Assembly (NCBI GenBank): GCA_025350765.1 | Contig: JANXXC010000221.1 | Coordinates: forward strand, 1 to 53,212 | From: Holophagaceae bacterium | GTDB lineage: Bacteria > Acidobacteriota > Holophagae > Holophagales > Holophagaceae | Direction of reading: 5' to 3' | DNA: 53,212 bases | In this document: positions 47,794 to 53,212 of the stretch, piece after piece | Position numbering within the stretch: position 1 is the stretch's first letter | Layout: each line of letters starts with the position of its first letter | Made by a program: the position numbers and the translations under genes | The notes under the pieces: model-generated | Seen by the model: only the letters and a program-made list of their open reading frames with translations | What the model was told of the DNA's origin: nothing | The model's database searches: none

Positions 47794-47821
47794 CCATTCT
47801 TTTCATTTTTAGGAGTTTCCC

Positions 47822-49384
47822 ATGCGAGTTCTCGCCTGCGATGGCATTCATGAAGACGGCCTTAAGACCTTCCGCGGCGCGGGTTGGGAGGTCATCACGT
47901 CCGACCCGATCAAGGATCCGGCGGCCCTTTCCAAGGCACTGAAAGACGTGGAGGTGCTGCTGGTGCGCAGCGCCACCAAGGTTCCGGCGGAAGCGCTCCA
48001 AGGTGCCAACGCGCTGAAGGTCATCGGCCGCGCTGGTGCGGGCGTGGACACCATCGATGTGGACGCCGCGACGGATCGCGGCATCGCGGTGATGAACGCG
48101 CCGGACGGCAATACCCTGGCCGCCGCGGAGCAGGCCATGGCGCTGCTCTTCGCGCTGGCGCGGCACACGCCGAGAGCCGACGCGGAGATGAAATCCGGGG
48201 AGTGGCCCAAGGCGGGCCTCACGGGATTTGAGCTGGAGGGCAAACGGCTGGCGGTCATCGGCCTCGGGCGCATCGGTGCCACGGTGGCGCGCAAAGCGCG
48301 GGGCATCGGCATGGAGGTGGCGGCCTTCGATCCCTTTCTTCCCCAAGCCGTCGCCGCCCGCATGAACGTACCCATGATGGAGTTCGATGCGCTCCTGGCC
48401 TGGTGCGACATCATCACGCTGCACATCCCCCGCACGGCCGAAACCACGAATCTGCTGGACGACAAAAAACTCAAGAAATTAAAAAAAGGCGCCTACATCA
48501 TCAACGCCGCGCGGGGCGGATTGGTGGATGAAAAGGCCCTGGTGAAGCTGCTCGATTCGGGCCATCTCGCGGGAGCCGCGCTGGATACTTTTGTCATCGA
48601 ACCGCTGCCCGCGGATTCGCCGCTGCGCAGCCATCCCAAGCTCATCCTCACGCCGCACCTAGGCGCTTCTACGTCCGAAGCGCAAAAGGCCGTGAGCACC
48701 ATTCTCGCGCGGCAGATCATGGATTTCATCCAAACCGGCGCCGTGGCGGGCTGCGTGAATCTTCCGCCGCTTTCCGCCGAAGCCGCCCAGGAGATGGGAC
48801 CCTGGATGCCCCTGATGAGCGCCCTAGGAAAACTCTGTTCGCGTCTCGTTCCCGCGCCTACCAAACTGCATCTCACCTACGCGGGCCGCGTGGACAAGCT
48901 GGATCCGAAGCCGCTCACGCGGATGCTGGTGGCGGCTTTGCTGGGCACGGCTTCGGGTCGTGTGACGCCAGTGAATGCGCTGAATGAGGCCGTACTTCGA
49001 GGCCTTTCCGTCAGTGAAACCGTGGGTGGTGATGGGGATGGATTTGATCGCCTGCTGCGGGTGCGCGTGGAAGACGATGAACATGCCCGCGAGATCGAAG
49101 CCACGCTGCACCGGGGTCCTCGCGTGGTGCGCATGGATGGGGTGGAACTTGAATTCGATCCCCGCGGCCACTTCCTGCTCATGCGCAACGAGGATCGTCC
49201 GGGCATCATCGGCCTCGTGGGGTCGCACCTGGGCGCCGCGGGTATCAACATCATCAATTTTTCACTGGGCGCGACGGGCGATGGTCAAGCCCTGGCCGCC
49301 ATCACCGTGGACCGCGTCGTACCCGCCAAGCAGCTAAATTCGCTGCGAGGAATACCGGGGATTCTTACGCTTGAAATGGTCTAA
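47822..49384 (+). CDS. serA: D-3-phosphoglycerate dehydrogenase (long form with ACT domain)
   Basis: Contains the Rossmann motif GLGRIG and catalytic-region motifs. The C-terminal ACT domain includes DRPGIIGLVGSHLG. Confidence 0.9.
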   Translation: MRVLACDGIHEDGLKTFRGAGWEVITSDPIKDPAALSKALKDVEVLLVRSATKVPAEALQGANALKVIGRAGAGVDTIDVDAATDRGIAVMNAPDGNTLAAAEQAMALLFALARHTPRADAEMKSGEWPKAGLTGFELEGKRLAVIGLGRIGATVARKARGIGMEVAAFDPFLPQAVAARMNVPMMEFDALLAWCDIITLHIPRTAETTNLLDDKKLKKLKKGAYIINAARGGLVDEKALVKLLDSGHLAGAALDTFVIEPLPADSPLRSHPKLILTPHLGASTSEAQKAVSTILARQIMDFIQTGAVAGCVNLPPLSAEAAQEMGPWMPLMSALGKLCSRLVPAPTKLHLTYAGRVDKLDPKPLTRMLVAALLGTASGRVTPVNALNEAVLRGLSVSETVGGDGDGFDRLLRVRVEDDEHAREIEATLHRGPRVVRMDGVELEFDPRGHFLLMRNEDRPGIIGLVGSHLGAAGINIINFSLGATGDGQALAAITVDRVVPAKQLNSLRGIPGILTLEMV

Positions 49385-49434
49385 CCGCGAAAGGCGCGAA
49401 ACGCCGCGAAAGAAGAACATGCCCTTTCGCGGTT
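49383..49434. repeat. Palindromic CGCGAAA-word element (11-bp perfect stem AACCGCGAAAG / CTTTCGCGGTT)
   Basis: Arms at 49383-93 and 49424-34. Same family as 47732-47793. Confidence 0.85.
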
Positions 49435-49452
49435 TCATTTTCTGGAGCCTAT

Positions 49453-50094
49453 ATGCGCATTCTCCTTGCCCGTCACGGTGAAACCTCTTGGAATGCCCAA
49501 GGGCGCTATCAGGGACAGATTGATATTCCCCTTTCGGACGTGGGGGAAGCTCAAGGCTTTGCCTTGGGTGAGCGGCTGAAGGGCCTGTCCATCACCCGCG
49601 CCGTGGCCTCGCCGTTGTCGCGCGCCAAACGCACGGCGGAATTGGGGCTCGGTGATCGCGCGGTGATGTTGACCACCGAAGCAGGTCTCATGGAAATCGC
49701 CCACGGCACCTGGGAAGGCCTGCTGGCGTCGGAAATCCGCGAAGTGGATGGCGCAACCCTGGCGGCTTGGCGGGATTCGCCCCACACCGTTTTGATGCCG
49801 AAGGGCGAATCCCTCCAGATGGTGTTGGACCGCGCCTGGCCTGCCTTCGTGAAAGCCTGCGCGGGTCTAGGCGAGGCAGACACGCTGCTGCTGGTGGCCC
49901 ACGACGCGGTGAACCGCGTCCTGCTCTGCCGCATCCTGGGCCTGCCCCTATCGCGCTGCTGGGCCTTCCGCCAAGCGCCCACTACGCTGAATCTGCTGGA
50001 AGGTCCGGATGTGGATCATCTCGAGGTGGTCCGTCTCAACGACTGCGCGCACACCACCGCGTTTTTTGGCGAAGCCGTGCATCGGGCGCTGTGA
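49453..50094 (+). CDS. Histidine phosphatase family protein (dPGM-like; candidate phosphoserine phosphatase)
   Basis: Starts MRILLARHGETSWN (RHG motif), and contains VAHDAV. Confidence 0.8.
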   Translation: MRILLARHGETSWNAQGRYQGQIDIPLSDVGEAQGFALGERLKGLSITRAVASPLSRAKRTAELGLGDRAVMLTTEAGLMEIAHGTWEGLLASEIREVDGATLAAWRDSPHTVLMPKGESLQMVLDRAWPAFVKACAGLGEADTLLLVAHDAVNRVLLCRILGLPLSRCWAFRQAPTTLNLLEGPDVDHLEVVRLNDCAHTTAFFGEAVHRAL

Positions 50095-50171
50095 TTGGTT
50101 TTCGGGGTGCTTCACTCCAATTCATGAGCTTCGGCGAACCCTTGGATTAAATTAGGCCAAGAGGCCCTGTC

Positions 50172-51311
50172 GTGAACCCGCGTTCATCTGATGCACTTTC
50201 CCGCCGCGAATTCTTGGAAGGCTCCGCCGCCGCGATGACCCTGGCTGCGGGGCTGCCACTTGGGGTGTCGGCGATGGGGCAAGATGCCTACGAGGAATCG
50301 CTAAAAGTGCTCCGGGGCGCGGGCCCAGAATATGCGGGCGGGCTCGCCAATCATGGACCCATGGCCGCGGAGGCCTATGTGGCCCTGGGCTGCGAAGACA
50401 GAGTGCTGGCGTGGGTTCGAGGGTATCGGAAGAAACTGGATGAAGGTGCTCCGAAAGGCGATTCGAAGGCCATCCATGACTGGCACGGGCAGTTGGGTTC
50501 CTATTCAGACTGGCCGCATTGGCTGGCCTTTTTTGAGGGGGAGATCCAGCGATCCACCTGGCGAAAAACACTCGCGATCTGGCTGCCGCGCTTGGCCCCA
50601 GGCATGGCCGGTGCCGCGGCGCATGGGTTGTTGCGCACGGCCTACGCGGCTCGGGGACTGTCGGTGCGGGAGACGCCTCTGCGACGGGAGGAATTAGCTC
50701 AAGGCCTCGCCTATTGGGCGGCGCGTTATGCGGAGCTGCCGGGGAACGGTGGCCTGACGAAAGGTACTGAGCGCCCAGTAGATCTGGTGCGTCACATTGA
50801 GGTCCATCAGGGCCCCAAGACGAGCCGGGGCCTCATCAGCGACGGCATCAAGGCTCTGGCGGATTTTCCGCCCTTCCAGAAAACCGCGCCGAGCGCCGAT
50901 CTTCAGGGAGAAGCGGGGGCGATCCTTTCTTCCATCACCCTGGCCTGTGCCCAGGGGATGGTCACGAACCTGGGCCGCGGCAACTTATTTGCCATGACCC
51001 ACGCGGTGACGGGCCCCAGTTCGCTTCGGATGCTGCTCCCCCACGCAGACCCAGAAGACCTGCCCTTGCTGCTTCACCATGCCTGGCGATTGGGCTTCGG
51101 GTTGCTCTCGGCCTTTGGCTCGGCGGCGAAGCAGGCCCTACCCCGAAGTGTGCCCTCCTCACGGGATGACTTGGTGGCGCGGGCCCTCAAGGTTCGCGAT
51201 GAACACGGGATGAAATTGTTAGCGGCCTGTGCAGAGGAATCCGCAATTTTATCGAACCCGGTTTTCCTAATAGCGGCGGAGGCCGGAATCGAAAAATTTG
51301 AAAATTCGTAA
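50172..51311 (+). CDS. DUF4243 (questin-oxidase-like) protein with Tat-type signal
   Basis: Has the SRREFLEGSAAAMTLAAG twin-arginine motif and HGPMAAEAYVALG. Confidence 0.6.
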   Translation: MNPRSSDALSRREFLEGSAAAMTLAAGLPLGVSAMGQDAYEESLKVLRGAGPEYAGGLANHGPMAAEAYVALGCEDRVLAWVRGYRKKLDEGAPKGDSKAIHDWHGQLGSYSDWPHWLAFFEGEIQRSTWRKTLAIWLPRLAPGMAGAAAHGLLRTAYAARGLSVRETPLRREELAQGLAYWAARYAELPGNGGLTKGTERPVDLVRHIEVHQGPKTSRGLISDGIKALADFPPFQKTAPSADLQGEAGAILSSITLACAQGMVTNLGRGNLFAMTHAVTGPSSLRMLLPHADPEDLPLLLHHAWRLGFGLLSAFGSAAKQALPRSVPSSRDDLVARALKVRDEHGMKLLAACAEESAILSNPVFLIAAEAGIEKFENS

Positions 51312-51475
51312 TTTTTAATAAAATTAATCATTCAATAAATACAGATATCAAATATTGAAATAATTAAATTTGTCTATTTTTTTATAAATTTTGTCATTTA
51401 ATTATTTCTATTTTTATAATCATTTATTTTTTAAATATTAAAATAATTAATCTTATATTTTGGCACAATCCTCGA
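51312..51475. promoter_or_regulatory. Extremely AT-rich island with an 18-nt direct repeat, upstream of comEA
   Basis: AAATATTGAAATAATTAA (51350-67) and AAATATTAAAATAATTAA (51433-50) are 17/18 identical and 83 bp apart. The surroundings are almost pure A/T. Confidence 0.5.
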
Positions 51476-51505
51476 TATTACTTGGTTGCCTGAAAGGAGG
51501 CAATC

Positions 51506-51919
51506 ATGAACAAAACCCTTACTTCCCTCACCCGAGTCATCCTTCTTGCGATGGCTCTTCCCCTGGCCGCTGCCGGGAGCGCCAAGAGTGTCAGGCCCCC
51601 GAAGGCCTCGAAGGCCAAAGTCAGCGCCCCTTCTCACGCCATCAACCTCAATTCGGCCACCATGACTGAGTTGATGCAGTTGCCCAAAATCGGCGCGAAG
51701 ACGGCCGAGCGCATCATCACCTTCCGCAAGGCTCACGGCGGTTTTCGCCGCTCCGAAGAGCTGATGAACGTGAAGGGCATCGGCGAGAAGTCCTATCAAA
51801 AGCTCCAGCCTTTCCTCAGCGTGGGCGCGGCTGCCTCGTCTCCGGTCACGGTGGCGACCACCACCAAGATGTCCCACCCCAAGCACGCCGCGGCCGTCCA
51901 ATCCGCCGCCAAGAAGTAG
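51506..51919 (+). CDS. comEA: ComEA family DNA-binding protein (helix-hairpin-helix)
   Basis: Signal peptide, then INLNSATMTELMQLPKIGAKTAERII...VKGIGEKSYQKL. A strong SD (AGGAGG) is present. Confidence 0.8.
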   Translation: MNKTLTSLTRVILLAMALPLAAAGSAKSVRPPKASKAKVSAPSHAINLNSATMTELMQLPKIGAKTAERIITFRKAHGGFRRSEELMNVKGIGEKSYQKLQPFLSVGAAASSPVTVATTTKMSHPKHAAAVQSAAKK

Positions 51920-51927
51920 GCGCGGAC

Positions 51928-52461
51928 ATGAGCATCGGCGCGCTTCTGCGTTCTTTTATTCCAGGGCCGGCCCCGCGCCGGTGCTCAAAGGGGTTCTCCC
52001 TCACCGAACTTTGCATTTCTATGGGGATCGTGAGCCTTCTAGGCGGACTCGGGGTCTCCACCCTCTCCTTGCCGAACCCTGGTCTTGCCGTGGTTCAGCA
52101 GGATTTGGAAGCTGCCCTGCGCCAGGCTTTCCATCAGGCCAGGGCCCAAGGCGCGAATGTCCACGTGGCTCTGGGTGCTCAAGCGGCCTCTTCCAACGTG
52201 ATGCCCGTGGCCTTGCCAAAGAATGTCCATTGGGGCAAGCCCGCACGGGTGCCGCTTCCGCCGGGCATGGACGACCCCAAGGTGGCGGATGTCACCGGCG
52301 AGGCCCATGGCCGCATCACCGTGACGCCGATGCACACCGCTACCGCGACGGCCTGGTTTCTCAACGACGGGCAAGACGTCCTCTGCCTGCGGCTGGCGGG
52401 GCATGGGCACTACCAGATGTTGCGATGGCGGGCCGCCAAACATAAATGGGGGAGGAACTGA
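51928..52461 (+). CDS. Prepilin-type N-terminal cleavage/methylation domain protein (GspH/FimT-like pseudopilin)
   Basis: Has the KG|FSLTELCISMGIVSLLGGL class III signal. The leader is unusually long (~22 aa). Confidence 0.6.
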   Translation: MSIGALLRSFIPGPAPRRCSKGFSLTELCISMGIVSLLGGLGVSTLSLPNPGLAVVQQDLEAALRQAFHQARAQGANVHVALGAQAASSNVMPVALPKNVHWGKPARVPLPPGMDDPKVADVTGEAHGRITVTPMHTATATAWFLNDGQDVLCLRLAGHGHYQMLRWRAAKHKWGRN

Positions 52462-53141
52462 TGCGCATCCTGGATCTATCACCGGATCAAAGACCCCGGG
52501 AACGCCTACTGGCGGGCCACGGCGAGGGCCTGAGTGAAGCCGAACTCCTGGCTTTGCTATGGGGCAATGGACAGAAAGGCAAGAATGCCGTCGAGCTGGC
52601 CCAGGAACTGCTCACCCGCACGGGTGGTCTCTCGGGACTCATGCATCAGGGCCTGCAGGATTGGATGGATCAGCTCGGGATTGGTCCCGCCAAGGCCTGC
52701 CAGCTTTGGGCCGCCCAGGAACTCTGCCGCCGCAGTCAGCGCACCACCGTGAAGCCTCGCATCAATTCGCCCAAAGTCGCAGGAGCCTATTTGATGCCGC
52801 GCTGCCAGGGCTACACCGAAGAACGCTTCGGCTTGCTCGCGCTCAACGCCAAAGGGGATCTGCTGGCCGAGCGCATCCTCAGCCAGGGCACCGCCACGGC
52901 CACGCTCATCAGCCCCCGCGAGTTCTTCCGCGAGGCCCTGCGCTACGGCGCCACCACCGCCCTGGCCTACCACAACCATCCCAGCGGCGATCCCACGCCC
53001 AGCCGCGAGGACATCCAGCTGACCCGGCGCCTCCAGGCCGCGGGCGAATCGCTCGGCGTCCCCCTGGCCGATCACCTGATCCTGGGCCAGGAGCGCTACC
53101 ACAGCTTCCGGGCGGCGGAGGGCTGGGATCAGCGGCCTTGA
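52461..53141 (+). CDS. radC: RadC-like JAB domain protein (UPF0758)
   Basis: Contains DQRPRERLL and the HNHPSGDPTPSREDIQLT JAMM motif. TGATG overlap with the upstream gene. Confidence 0.85.
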   Translation: MRILDLSPDQRPRERLLAGHGEGLSEAELLALLWGNGQKGKNAVELAQELLTRTGGLSGLMHQGLQDWMDQLGIGPAKACQLWAAQELCRRSQRTTVKPRINSPKVAGAYLMPRCQGYTEERFGLLALNAKGDLLAERILSQGTATATLISPREFFREALRYGATTALAYHNHPSGDPTPSREDIQLTRRLQAAGESLGVPLADHLILGQERYHSFRAAEGWDQRP

Positions 53142-53212
53142 GGGGATACAGCTTCGTTCCCGCGCCCGAGATTGCTATGCTCCGTCCGGGAGTCCTATCG
53201 TCCACCGAGTGG

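Overview
High-GC, densely packed bacterial chromosomal window with many 1-4 nt start/stop overlaps (ATGA, TTGA, TGATG). The protein flavour suggests an Acidobacteriota-like organism, but that is an unverified guess. Most of it is core metabolism. There is a ~14 kb branched-chain amino-acid supercluster: a divergent LysR regulator, leuA-leuC-leuD-leuB, then a Val/Ile-rich leader-peptide attenuator, then ilvD-ilvB-ilvN-ilvC-ilvE, a dehydratase, an aminotransferase and a nitrilase-family gene. Other housekeeping content includes lgt, rluD, lpxD, hrpB, acpS, a serine-pathway cluster (class V aminotransferase, serA, histidine phosphatase) and a comEA, pseudopilin, radC cluster. The best candidate for an undescribed system is at 631..3411. 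It is a translationally coupled operon encoding a nucleotidyltransferase-fold protein, a TIGR04222-type multi-pass membrane protein ending in a Ser/Gly/Cys tail with six Cys-Gly motifs, a DUF692 (MNIO, MbnB/TglH/HvfB-like) iron enzyme, and an 80-aa helical protein. I read this as a possible protein-templated, RiPP-like cysteine-modification module. Other finds are an untracked 57-aa HicA toxin next to HicB, two MITE-like non-coding elements sharing TCCTGATTAYC inverted termini with flanking direct repeats, a family of hairpin-forming intergenic repeats built from short words phased at ~9-10 nt, an (AAGACTC)x8 microsatellite inside the ilv operon, a low-GC patch inside ilvD, and a ~160 bp extremely AT-rich island upstream of comEA. 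I recognised no rRNA, tRNA, CRISPR array, transposase or integrase.
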